Positions 38,939-47,039 of a DNA stretch of 64,000 nucleotides are shown here, one piece after another (positions within the stretch are counted from its first letter, which is position 1; each line of letters starts with the position of its first letter). A program made the position numbers and the translations under genes. The stretch comes from an uncultured delta proteobacterium. Lineage in GTDB: Bacteria; Desulfobacterota; RBG-13-43-22. Where the stretch lies: positions 64,001 to 128,000 of the forward strand of contig CAVUPH010000012.1 in NCBI GenBank assembly GCA_963743305.1, given 5' to 3'. The notes beneath the pieces were generated by a model, which worked only from the letters and a program-made list of their open reading frames with translations, was not told the origin of the DNA and made no database searches.

Positions 38939-39138
38939 GTTTTTCAACTCCCCCCTACCCCCATCGAGTCCGGGAACACCTAACTCTTTGTATTGTGCAC
39001 TTAATTTTTCTGAATAAGCTACCATTATTATTGAATATGGGGTCCTTGTCTATAGGTTTTTACCCTATCATCTTGGTAACACCTAAGTACGATTAAACCG
39101 GCGCTTTTCAGGGACAAACCAGATGAACCGGTCCCTTC

Positions 39139-39825
39139 TCAGGGACTAATCACCTCATAATAGTGATTGGGAACCATCCCGGCGAACAGCACCGCCCCCG
39201 GGCAAGGGACCACATATTTTTTCTGGAAGGATGCTCCGATGATATTATAGAACTCGAGGCAGGCCGAACAGACCGTGCGGGTCTTGCCCAGCGAGTACGG
39301 CACGGGCCGTCCGTCCTCCGGGACCTGATAGGCTGGTTCGATGAAATTGGCATGATTGGCGCAGTGTCCCACAAACAGGTCTTCGAAGGTCATCCCCTGG
39401 AGCCCCATGACCTTCATCCAGCGCACCTGCTCGTCTCGGTCCGCGGCCCCGATATTTTCCCATTCCTCCGGACGGGCCTCCCGGTAGCTGGCCCGGTGAA
39501 TCAGGGCCCATTGTTCTTCCGATGTAGGCAGGCGCGGCGGGCGGAAGGCGGAGTTGCGGAGGAAAACTTCCGGGGGCGGGGCCGGTTCAGGCAGGGGGAG
39601 GCTGCTCACAACCAGGGTCTGGCCCCGGCGGGGGGATTGGCGGTACCAGGAATATTGTCTTCGGCACAAATCATAGTTGTCCCAGGCCGCCGGGGCCACC
39701 AGACCGACTACCACCCGCCGGGACAGGGCCAGGCAGACGGCCTTTTTGGCCTCGGTCACCTCCAGGCCGCTGCGGTCCAGGGACGACCTCAACCCTGCGG
39801 CTTCCGACGCCGGGACCCAATACAC
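39139..39825 (-). CDS. Cys-rich hypothetical protein
   Basis: HCANHANF, CSAC, PCPGAV motifs. Confidence 0.65.
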   Translation of the reverse strand: MYWVPASEAAGLRSSLDRSGLEVTEAKKAVCLALSRRVVVGLVAPAAWDNYDLCRRQYSWYRQSPRRGQTLVVSSLPLPEPAPPPEVFLRNSAFRPPRLPTSEEQWALIHRASYREARPEEWENIGAADRDEQVRWMKVMGLQGMTFEDLFVGHCANHANFIEPAYQVPEDGRPVPYSLGKTRTVCSACLEFYNIIGASFQKKYVVPCPGAVLFAGMVPNHYYEVISP

Positions 39826-39880
39826 ATATTTGCAAAAAGGTTTGATGGCCCCTTCCCTCTTCAGCCAGGGAAAAAATATC

Positions 39881-40297
39881 TTAAGCGGTATGCCAGTTTT
39901 CCAAAAACAGTCCGGAGAAAAAACGAAAATCGTTCAGATTCCTGGTTACCAGCGTCAGCCCATTGGTAACGGCGATGGCAGCAATTTGTCCGTCTGCAAA
40001 GGATGGTGTCCGACCCGTCAGGGATAAGCGCGCCCTTTCGAGAGCATGCCATCTGGCGGCCTGTTCATCGTAAGGGAGTATCGACAATTTTTTTGAAACG
40101 ACCTCTTCCAGGAATAATTCCAATAGTTCCCTTTTACGGGATTGAGGCAACCTCTGGCATCCGTACTGCAATTCATGCCAGACCGGAGCGGCGGTAGCCA
40201 GCTCCTGCCGGTACTGGCTGCATCTTTTTTCCACCCTCCGATCAGGTTTGAGTTTACTCAGTTCGGAGATCAGGTTGGTGTCTAAAAGATATTTCAT
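39881..40297 (-). CDS. vapC: VapC PIN-domain toxin
   Basis: YLLDTNLISE, DGQIAAIA, LVTRNLNDF. Confidence 0.92.
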   Translation of the reverse strand: MKYLLDTNLISELSKLKPDRRVEKRCSQYRQELATAAPVWHELQYGCQRLPQSRKRELLELFLEEVVSKKLSILPYDEQAARWHALERARLSLTGRTPSFADGQIAAIAVTNGLTLVTRNLNDFRFFSGLFLENWHTA

Positions 40298-40579
40298 TCA
40301 ATCCAGATCGACCGGGCGTCCCGGCGAAGCATCCCGAAGGTCGGAAAAATCGCGGTCCTCCATAACTATCCCCTCGGCCTTCATGATATTTCTAACCTTG
40401 ACCAGGGCCTCCCAAAATCCCCCGCCTTTCTCCTGCAGCCGCTCAAAATCCTTTTGGGGGACTACAAAGGCCACGGATCGGCCATACCGGGTGATCTCCA
40501 CCACCGAACCCTTTTCCACATCATGGATGATGGCGGGGAGCTTATTTTTGGCCTCGGCCACCGATACCCTGCGGTTCAT
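40298..40579 (-). CDS. Phd/YefM-family antitoxin
   Basis: VSVAEAKNKLPAII...VEITRYGRSVA. Confidence 0.88.
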   Translation of the reverse strand: MNRRVSVAEAKNKLPAIIHDVEKGSVVEITRYGRSVAFVVPQKDFERLQEKGGGFWEALVKVRNIMKAEGIVMEDRDFSDLRDASPGRPVDLD

Positions 40580-40643
40580 TCCTTAACCCCTCTTTTCGAT
40601 TTCCTTACGACGAAAAAAGATTCCATAGCTTCTCTCCATTAGG

Positions 40644-40692
40644 GTAGGGGCGACTTTAGTCGCCCAAACGGGGAGGCTAAAGCCTCCCCTAC
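40644..40692. repeat. REP doublet (REPIN-like; GTAG ends)
   Basis: GTAGGGGCGACTTTAGTCGCCC ... GGGAGGCTAAAGCCTCCCCTAC: two inverted GTAG-palindromes. Confidence 0.75.
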
Positions 40693-40749
40693 CCGGGATT
40701 TTCATGCCTCGCGGTCGCCCCACCGACCATGAGGATTTAATTTAAAAAA

Positions 40750-40777
40750 ATTATAGCTATAATTATAGCCATGTCAA
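40750..40777 (-). promoter_or_regulatory. Sigma70 promoter of phd-vapC with palindromic operator
   Basis: Minus strand TTGACA-N16-TATAAT; spacer contains the palindrome GCTATAATTATAGC (40756-40769). Confidence 0.75.
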
Positions 40778-40805
40778 GTGTTCTATGACAACTAGCCAAT
40801 TCTTG

Positions 40806-40840
40806 GGGATTGCTTCGTCGCTTCACTCCTCGCAAAGACA
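40806..40840. repeat. Short palindromic extragenic element (GATTGCTTCGTCGCTTCxCTCCTCGCAA type)
   Basis: GGGATTGCTTCGTCGCTTCACTCCTCGCAAAGACA resembles a widespread bacterial intergenic repeat as recalled. Confidence 0.5.
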
Positions 40841-40875
40841 GCTTGGGGAACTTTTTGCGGATCCGGGACCGTTTA

Positions 40876-42264
40876 TCAGCCGGCCTTCTGGATAAGCGAT
40901 TCCTCGACCAGGCAGCTCAGGTCCTTCATGACCAGCGGGGAATTCAGGGCCTTGATCCCCACCTGCAACCCGGCGTAACAAAAGGGGCAGGCCGATATCA
41001 GTTCACTAGCCCCGGTGGCCTCCGCTTCCCTGACCCGCTCCCGGGCCATTTTGTTTTGAATATCCGGATAGCCGGACTTCAGACCGCCCCCGGCCCCGCA
41101 GCAGCGGGAGTAGGGACCGCTCCGGGACATCTCGACCAGTTCCAGCCCCGGAATGGCTTCCATGAGCACCCGCGGGTCTTCAAAGACGCCACTGGCCCGT
41201 CCCAAATGGCAGGGATCGTGGTAGGTGACCTTTCGTTCCAACGGTTGAACAAAGGGTAGTTTTTTATCTTCTAGCAGCCGCCGGAGAAATTCGACGGTAT
41301 GGAGCACCTCGAAGTTCAGCTTTCCCACCTTGGGATAGTCTTCCTTGATGGTTTTAAAACATCCGGAGCAGGAGCTGACCAGGGTGTCGATGCCCAAGGC
41401 GTTGAGCTGTTTAAGGTTATCCCCGGCAATCCGTTCGAATTCCGCATCTCCCATGCGCAGGAGCACGCTGCCGCAGCACTTCTCGTCTCCCCCCAAACAG
41501 CCGTAGTCGATGCCCAGGCTTTCGAGGATATTGATCGTGCTGATGGCGATCTGTTTCACATTGACGTCATAGACCGCGGTACACCCCAGCCAGAGCAGGA
41601 CTTTCGCCTTGTTCTTCTTGATTTCCCGGGGCGGGGCGGCAATCTGGCCGTCTTTTTGCGCCCGGCGCGCCCACTTGGTGCGGCCCGCCCGGGGCTGCTG
41701 CCAGGGATTGTCGTAGGCCTTGACGCTTTTCACCAGGACCTTCTGCGGTTCCAGCGGCCCATAGCCGGCAGTGACGACCAGGCGGCGAATGTCTTCCCAG
41801 AGGCTGACCGTATCGATGTTGGCCGGGCAGACGACCTGGCATTGCCCGCAGGTGGAGCATTCGTATAGATTCTGAACGAATTCGTCGATTTCATTTTGAC
41901 CGATTTCTTTATAGCGGAATACCGCGCCCAACAGTTTCTTGATCGGTTCGCCCACCTTTCCCTGCTTCATGATCCGGGTCAGCAGGGATTGTTGGGTTTT
42001 GACGATGTGCAGGAAATCGGCGATCTTCTTCCGAGGGATGATCTGTTCTCGGGAATCCTGGTCATGGACGGGACACCAGTTCAGGCATTCCCCGCAGCGG
42101 GTGCAGGCCTCGAGCTGAATCAACCGGGCGGCCGACAGGTTGGCGAGGGGAATCTCCCGGGCCGGCTCGGGAGGCGTTTCCGTCTCGGTTGCGGCGGACT
42201 CGGGGGGGATTGGTCCCGATGGGTTGGCCGGGAGGTTGTTTTCAACCGGAACTTCTTCTGTCAT
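40876..42264 (-). CDS. HdrD/GlpC-like Fe-S protein (2x[4Fe-4S] + 2 CCG domains)
   Basis: CTRCGECLNWCP, CSTCGQCQVVCP, EKCCG, CSGC, YHDPCHLGR, CCGAGGG, ACPFC. Confidence 0.9.
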   Translation of the reverse strand: MTEEVPVENNLPANPSGPIPPESAATETETPPEPAREIPLANLSAARLIQLEACTRCGECLNWCPVHDQDSREQIIPRKKIADFLHIVKTQQSLLTRIMKQGKVGEPIKKLLGAVFRYKEIGQNEIDEFVQNLYECSTCGQCQVVCPANIDTVSLWEDIRRLVVTAGYGPLEPQKVLVKSVKAYDNPWQQPRAGRTKWARRAQKDGQIAAPPREIKKNKAKVLLWLGCTAVYDVNVKQIAISTINILESLGIDYGCLGGDEKCCGSVLLRMGDAEFERIAGDNLKQLNALGIDTLVSSCSGCFKTIKEDYPKVGKLNFEVLHTVEFLRRLLEDKKLPFVQPLERKVTYHDPCHLGRASGVFEDPRVLMEAIPGLELVEMSRSGPYSRCCGAGGGLKSGYPDIQNKMARERVREAEATGASELISACPFCYAGLQVGIKALNSPLVMKDLSCLVEESLIQKAG

Positions 42265-42421
42265 TCTACTTCCTCAATTCATCCACTGAAAAAAAAAGCT
42301 AACACTTCTTTATGGCTTGTAGTTGTCTATTTTATCTGTGGCTGAAAACGTCTTTGTCTTTGCAGTTGCTTCCCTCTTCCATCTGGCCCCGATCTGTAGC
42401 GTCGGTGGCGAAAAATCCAGG

Positions 42422-43879
42422 TTATCCCTTCTTCTTATATTGCGACACCAGGCTCAGCGGCGTCACGAAAATATGCTTGAGCTTTCCGTAAGGCAAATAG
42501 GCCACCAGCAGCGCCCCCAGGACGGCGTGGGCATACCAGAAGTACACATAGGCAACAGGCCAGTCCGCCGGCAACCAGGCAAATAACCGGGAAAGCAGGT
42601 AGCCCACAAACGAATAGGCCGCCTTTTCCGGGGGAATCCCGGTTACCAGGATACGGGCGCCCTCCAGGAAAAACCCCACCAACACCAGGGCCCCCAAAAT
42701 GACCAGGGCCCAGTTGTCTTTCCATTCACTAATGACCTGAGGGGACTTCACGACCAACCGTTGAATGACCAAGGCCGCCAAACCCGCTAGGATGAACAAC
42801 CCCAGAAGGTCATTGGTCAGGGCCACGAAGGGATGGTTCTTGTCGATCAGGGCATAGGCCAGCGCGCCGCCGGGTTTAAAAAAATAGGAAAAATGGGTCA
42901 ACAAAGCCAGCCCGAACCGCGACAGGATAGCGTAGTAAATCAAGGAGTGGATGGACCAGCGTTTGACGCTCTCCTGCAGAATCCGCCGCTGCAGCAACAC
43001 ATCAAAGAAGAAAGTTTTGAGCAGGGGCCATAACTCCCGGGAAAAGACAACGGACCAAGCCGCTTCCGAACCCAGGCTGATTTTTCGGTGGATCGATTTT
43101 TCCTCTCCCTGGACACTCCCGCTGAGCCAGAACATTCCCGTCAACAGGAGACCCAGGCCAAAAATAACCAGGGCCGCCCAGAACAAGGGGTGCCCGACGG
43201 CGATCGGGGCATAGTGGCAGGGCAGGCAGAGCAGGCTTTTCGCCGGAAGGACCGCCGCTGCCGCCCCCACTTTATTCCCCGGCACATGGCAACGTTGACA
43301 GAACTCCGTACTTCGGGTATCCGGCAGCCGATGGTCGGTCAGCGCCATGGGGCTCCCCCGGGCATCGAGCCGGGAAAGAACCACCCGGTCTATGGATTTA
43401 TTGAGTACCGCCGCCTTTGACTGCCGGTGGCAGGCCTGGCAGCTTACCCGCAGATGGGGATCATGGGCCGCGCCTTCCCCGTGGACCGTATGGCAGGAGA
43501 GGCACTGGGCCCCCACCCGGGTCCGATGCGGTGAGCGGGCCACGTCGGTATGACAGGCCATACAGGCCACCATCCGGTGGCGATTGCCGATAAAGGATTC
43601 GGGGGTTACCTGCAAGGAAACCGCCGTATCCCCCCAGCTTCGTTTCAGGCCTTCCCGGGCGTGGCACTCCAAACACAGGGCTTGAATAGCCAGGGCCCCT
43701 TCATTGGTCTGGATGTTCGGCCGGCGGTGGCAATCCAGACAGACCCGTTCCTTTCCCTCCGCCATGACCGGCATGGAAACCGGCGCCTCCGCCCACCCGC
43801 TCCGAGCTCCCGGGAGGCACCCCAGCACGGCCGTCAGCAGCAGGAACCCCAGTAGGTTTTTTATATCTTTTCTTTGCAT
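42422..43879 (-). CDS. Heptaheme cytochrome c fused to NarI/HdrE-like cytochrome b membrane domain
   Basis: 7 CxxCH motifs; then DVLLQRR, RWSIH, WYAH, PYGKLKHIF. Confidence 0.85.
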   Translation of the reverse strand: MQRKDIKNLLGFLLLTAVLGCLPGARSGWAEAPVSMPVMAEGKERVCLDCHRRPNIQTNEGALAIQALCLECHAREGLKRSWGDTAVSLQVTPESFIGNRHRMVACMACHTDVARSPHRTRVGAQCLSCHTVHGEGAAHDPHLRVSCQACHRQSKAAVLNKSIDRVVLSRLDARGSPMALTDHRLPDTRSTEFCQRCHVPGNKVGAAAAVLPAKSLLCLPCHYAPIAVGHPLFWAALVIFGLGLLLTGMFWLSGSVQGEEKSIHRKISLGSEAAWSVVFSRELWPLLKTFFFDVLLQRRILQESVKRWSIHSLIYYAILSRFGLALLTHFSYFFKPGGALAYALIDKNHPFVALTNDLLGLFILAGLAALVIQRLVVKSPQVISEWKDNWALVILGALVLVGFFLEGARILVTGIPPEKAAYSFVGYLLSRLFAWLPADWPVAYVYFWYAHAVLGALLVAYLPYGKLKHIFVTPLSLVSQYKKKG

Positions 43880-43905
43880 TTTGAAATGTACGCTTGGCCT
43901 GTCAA

Positions 43906-44610
43906 CTATCGGTTCCTCTCCTGCTGCACATCTTCCCATTCCCCCGGGTGCTCGTGTTCCATCCTCTCCGGGGTGGTCTTCCCGTTGAAAATGGATTTGT
44001 CCAGCGGATAGACCTCCGGACGCAGATGGGCGGTCACCCCATGCACCACGAATTTCAAGGCCACCGCCAACAGGGCTTCATAGAGATGAAGGACCCGGGC
44101 CAGGTTGATAAAATATCCGGGCATCCACCCGCTGAAAAACACCGGAAACCAGAGCACCAGCCCGGTCAGGCCCATGGTGTTCATCCCCACCAGCATGGCC
44201 CAGTAATCCAGTTTCTCCCAGTAGGTGAACCGGTTAAATCGCGGCGGGCGGCCTTTTCCCAGAAAGTATTGGACATGGGCCAGGAGATCCTTCAGATCCT
44301 GGCTCCCGGGAAAGGCCGATTGGGGCCCGGTCAGGCGCCCCTTCAACACGCCCTTGAAATAGACCAGCCAACCCAAGTGGATCACCACGCCACCGTAAGT
44401 GATCACCGCCCAGAAGCGGTGCCAGTAACCGGTCCAGCCCGGGCCGCCCCATAAGCCAACGATCCACTGGGCCCAGGTCTGGGAACTGAATTTGAGGGGA
44501 AACCCGGTCAGTGCCAGGCCGACAAACCCCACCATGATGACCCAGTGCAGCAGGCGGTGAATAACCGGAAACCGGATCAACGATTGGTTTTCCTGCCGGT
44601 CGACGGTCAT
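43906..44610 (-). CDS. Cytochrome b subunit (FdnI/Cbc-type)
   Basis: HRLLHW, ALTGFP, HRFWA, RFNRFTYWEKLDYWA, LHLYEALLA. Confidence 0.85.
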   Translation of the reverse strand: MTVDRQENQSLIRFPVIHRLLHWVIMVGFVGLALTGFPLKFSSQTWAQWIVGLWGGPGWTGYWHRFWAVITYGGVVIHLGWLVYFKGVLKGRLTGPQSAFPGSQDLKDLLAHVQYFLGKGRPPRFNRFTYWEKLDYWAMLVGMNTMGLTGLVLWFPVFFSGWMPGYFINLARVLHLYEALLAVALKFVVHGVTAHLRPEVYPLDKSIFNGKTTPERMEHEHPGEWEDVQQERNR

Positions 44611-45527
44611 GGCCGGCGCCTTTTCAGTTTTTCGTGCAGCTCCCGCAGCAGCCAGATGAAACTGTGTCCATAGAAGAAAGCCACCAGGGCGATGACCAGT
44701 ACCAGCATAACCAGGGTCACCGTTTGGATGAGTTCCACCCGGGCCTTTTTCTCCCGGTCTTTTTCGGTCAGGTCTTTGGTCGCGGGATGAATAACGAATT
44801 CGGCCAGGCGCTCCCCGGCCTGGGGATGGCAGCGCCGGCAGGCGGTCAGGGCGATCTTTTTGTCTTTCAAGGAAACACATTGGTGGGCGCCGTGGCAGTC
44901 AGTGCAGTAAGCGGCATTGATCTGGCCCAACCAAACAGCCTTCTTCCCGTGACTGTTCTCCAGGTAGGTAGCTTTCTGAGAGGGATGGCAGGACCCGCAG
45001 GACTCGGTCATGGCCCGGCCGATCTCCAAACGGGTTCGGTGGGCTTTTTCATAATGGGAAGAATGGCACTGACCGCAGGTCGGGGCCGGGGTCCTTGGAT
45101 CCTCCAAGGACTCTCCTCGAGAAAGAAGATCCTTTTCCTTTTGCCGGGCCAGGGCATGGGCCCCGATTTGATACCGATCATAGCCCGTCCGGTGGCAGGA
45201 CCGACAGCGGCCGTAGTCAAAGAGGCGACTGGCCTCCTGCTTGAGAAAAAGGGGTACCCTTGAATCCGGGTGAATCTTGCCTGCTTCCTTCATGGTCCCG
45301 TGGCAGACCTCGCAGGTCAGCGTACCATGGGCCGAGGTTGAAAATCGGCTTAGGTCGACAAACCAGGAGGAAGCGGGGGGCGCCTCTTTGGCCCACAGGT
45401 TTTGGCCGAGAAGACTCAGACTGACCCAGACGCCAAAGAAAACTATCCGGGCCGGTTTCCGACAAAAACTAAATGTGCTGATAAATAGCCGGGGCTGAAA
45501 ACCGGCTGAATTTGACTTCATCAGCAA
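44607..45527 (-). CDS. Hexaheme cytochrome c with C-terminal TM helix
   Basis: 6 CxxCH (CEVCH, CRSCH, CGQCH, CGSCH, CTDCH, CRRCH); signal peptide; C-terminal TM with His. Confidence 0.85.
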   Translation of the reverse strand: MLMKSNSAGFQPRLFISTFSFCRKPARIVFFGVWVSLSLLGQNLWAKEAPPASSWFVDLSRFSTSAHGTLTCEVCHGTMKEAGKIHPDSRVPLFLKQEASRLFDYGRCRSCHRTGYDRYQIGAHALARQKEKDLLSRGESLEDPRTPAPTCGQCHSSHYEKAHRTRLEIGRAMTESCGSCHPSQKATYLENSHGKKAVWLGQINAAYCTDCHGAHQCVSLKDKKIALTACRRCHPQAGERLAEFVIHPATKDLTEKDREKKARVELIQTVTLVMLVLVIALVAFFYGHSFIWLLRELHEKLKRRRP

Positions 45528-46692
45528 CCGCCTTTTTGGTCTGAAAATAAATGGTGAGAAAATCTTGGGCCAGGGTCCTTAAACCCTGGAATATTTTTTC
45601 GGCCAGGGGAGTGGATTCCAGTCCCTGGTCTGAGTATTTTTTGAGTTCCCGCAACTGCCGGGTGATCTGCTCCGCGGCATTCACCACCGCTGTCCCTCGC
45701 CGCGAGCCATGGATCCGGTTCACCTGCTCCAGCGATTTTAACCGTTTCCAGATCGCCTCCAAAAATACCCTCATTTTCAAAGGCTCATACGTTTTCCAGC
45801 CGATTTTCCAGTTTAGAGAAAAGTTTTCGATTCCGGCGACCACGATGCGGGCGTTACTCACTTCACGTTTGACCGCCAGGACCCACTGCCGGGCTTCGTC
45901 TATTTCCATAACCCGGGGAACAGTCGAAGACTGTTGTTTTGGGCCTAAGCCTTCCCGGGTTTCATTCCGGACCATCCGAACCATCAGATTATTGGCGCTG
46001 GCGAAACGGGGATGTTCCAGGTGGGGCCCCGAAAGATAAAAAGATCCGGCCCCCAACTTTTTCCGAATAATGGCGGCCTTTCCGATCAGCGTCTTTCGGG
46101 CCAGTTCCGGGTCCACCAGGAAGGCGGTCCTATCGGTAAACCCGGTATAAGTGGCCAGGGTTTCGGTCCGGTCATAGGGGACCATGGCCGGACCGCCATA
46201 GAGCGGAGCCGGAAAAATCCCGGTCAGCGGCATTTTTTCATTGGCCGAAAGCTGAACCTCCTCGCGCACGGGATGGAAGATGAAAGAACAGCCGTAGGGC
46301 TGGCTGAATTTTTCCTTTAATTGTTTCGGTTCCGGGAGGATGGAGGTCAGGTTGCTTATCCTAGCCTCCACAAAATTAAAGAGGTCCAAGGGGTCCTTGG
46401 ACGACCGCAAGGGTAAATAGGCCCCGGCACAGGAGCCCAGATAAATCCCCCCGCCCCGGACGAAGGTCTCGATCGCCATCGCCCCCTTACTTCCCAGACC
46501 TTTGGCCATGGCAAAGGTGTCGCCTCCGGAAACGGCTAGGAACGACAGGCCTTTCAATTCACCCTCCCTGATCCCGGCTTCGTCCAGAAGCCTCAGGTCA
46601 TAAAAGCCGGAGGTTTCAAAGAGATCCGCGAACCAGAGCCAGGAATGGGAGCTGCCCTGACCGGTGTAAATAGCGATCGCAGTACTCGGCAT
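45469..46692 (-). CDS. BPL-N domain (class I glutamine amidotransferase-like) protein with helical C-terminus
   Basis: IAIYTGQGS, SGGD, GGIYLGSCAGAY, GPHLE (Cys-His-Glu triad). Confidence 0.8.
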   Translation of the reverse strand: MPSTAIAIYTGQGSSHSWLWFADLFETSGFYDLRLLDEAGIREGELKGLSFLAVSGGDTFAMAKGLGSKGAMAIETFVRGGGIYLGSCAGAYLPLRSSKDPLDLFNFVEARISNLTSILPEPKQLKEKFSQPYGCSFIFHPVREEVQLSANEKMPLTGIFPAPLYGGPAMVPYDRTETLATYTGFTDRTAFLVDPELARKTLIGKAAIIRKKLGAGSFYLSGPHLEHPRFASANNLMVRMVRNETREGLGPKQQSSTVPRVMEIDEARQWVLAVKREVSNARIVVAGIENFSLNWKIGWKTYEPLKMRVFLEAIWKRLKSLEQVNRIHGSRRGTAVVNAAEQITRQLRELKKYSDQGLESTPLAEKIFQGLRTLAQDFLTIYFQTKKAVADEVKFSRFSAPAIYQHI

Positions 46693-46715
46693 CAAGGAAC
46701 CATCGATTTTTATTT

Positions 46716-46854
46716 GTCGCCTCGCCCTTTTGGGTGGGTACTCCCCCCATAACTGGTATGGCCGCCGGGTCTCGGCCAAAGGGTTTTCCAAAGGTACTCC
46801 GGACTTCGAATCCGGGCCTAACTTATTAATTTTATTTAAAGCAGGCCCATACTC
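46716..46854. repeat. Dispersed ~140-bp intergenic repeat, copy 2
   Basis: Aligns with 12357-12504. Confidence 0.85.
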
Positions 46855-46973
46855 AGAGACTTTTGACGCCTACTAGGCCGGCCCTGCCTCCTGTAAGATT
46901 TGACCAGATGGGGGCCGGGTTAGAACCGAAAAAACATTGTGGAAAACCCTTTGGCCGAGACCCGGCGGCCATA
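46757..46973. repeat. Perfect 34-bp inverted repeat (46757-46790 / 46940-46973)
   Basis: TATGGCCGCCGGGTCTCGGCCAAAGGGTTTTCCA and its exact reverse complement. Confidence 0.88.
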
Positions 46974-47039
46974 GAGCTCCGCTTACAGACTAAGCTAATC
47001 TATAATTGTGGCCACCCACCCAATAGGGCGAACAACCTT

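Noticed and set aside
37600-39100. Classical integron cassette array
   Set aside because: No intI and no clear attC palindromes (RYYYAAC...GTTRRRY); only one short direct-repeat pair was seen.
46799-46820. TTCGAATCC resembling a tRNA T-loop in the dispersed repeat (also at ~6441)
   Set aside because: No cloverleaf, acceptor stem or anticodon arm; the 12.4-kb copy has ATCGAATCC.
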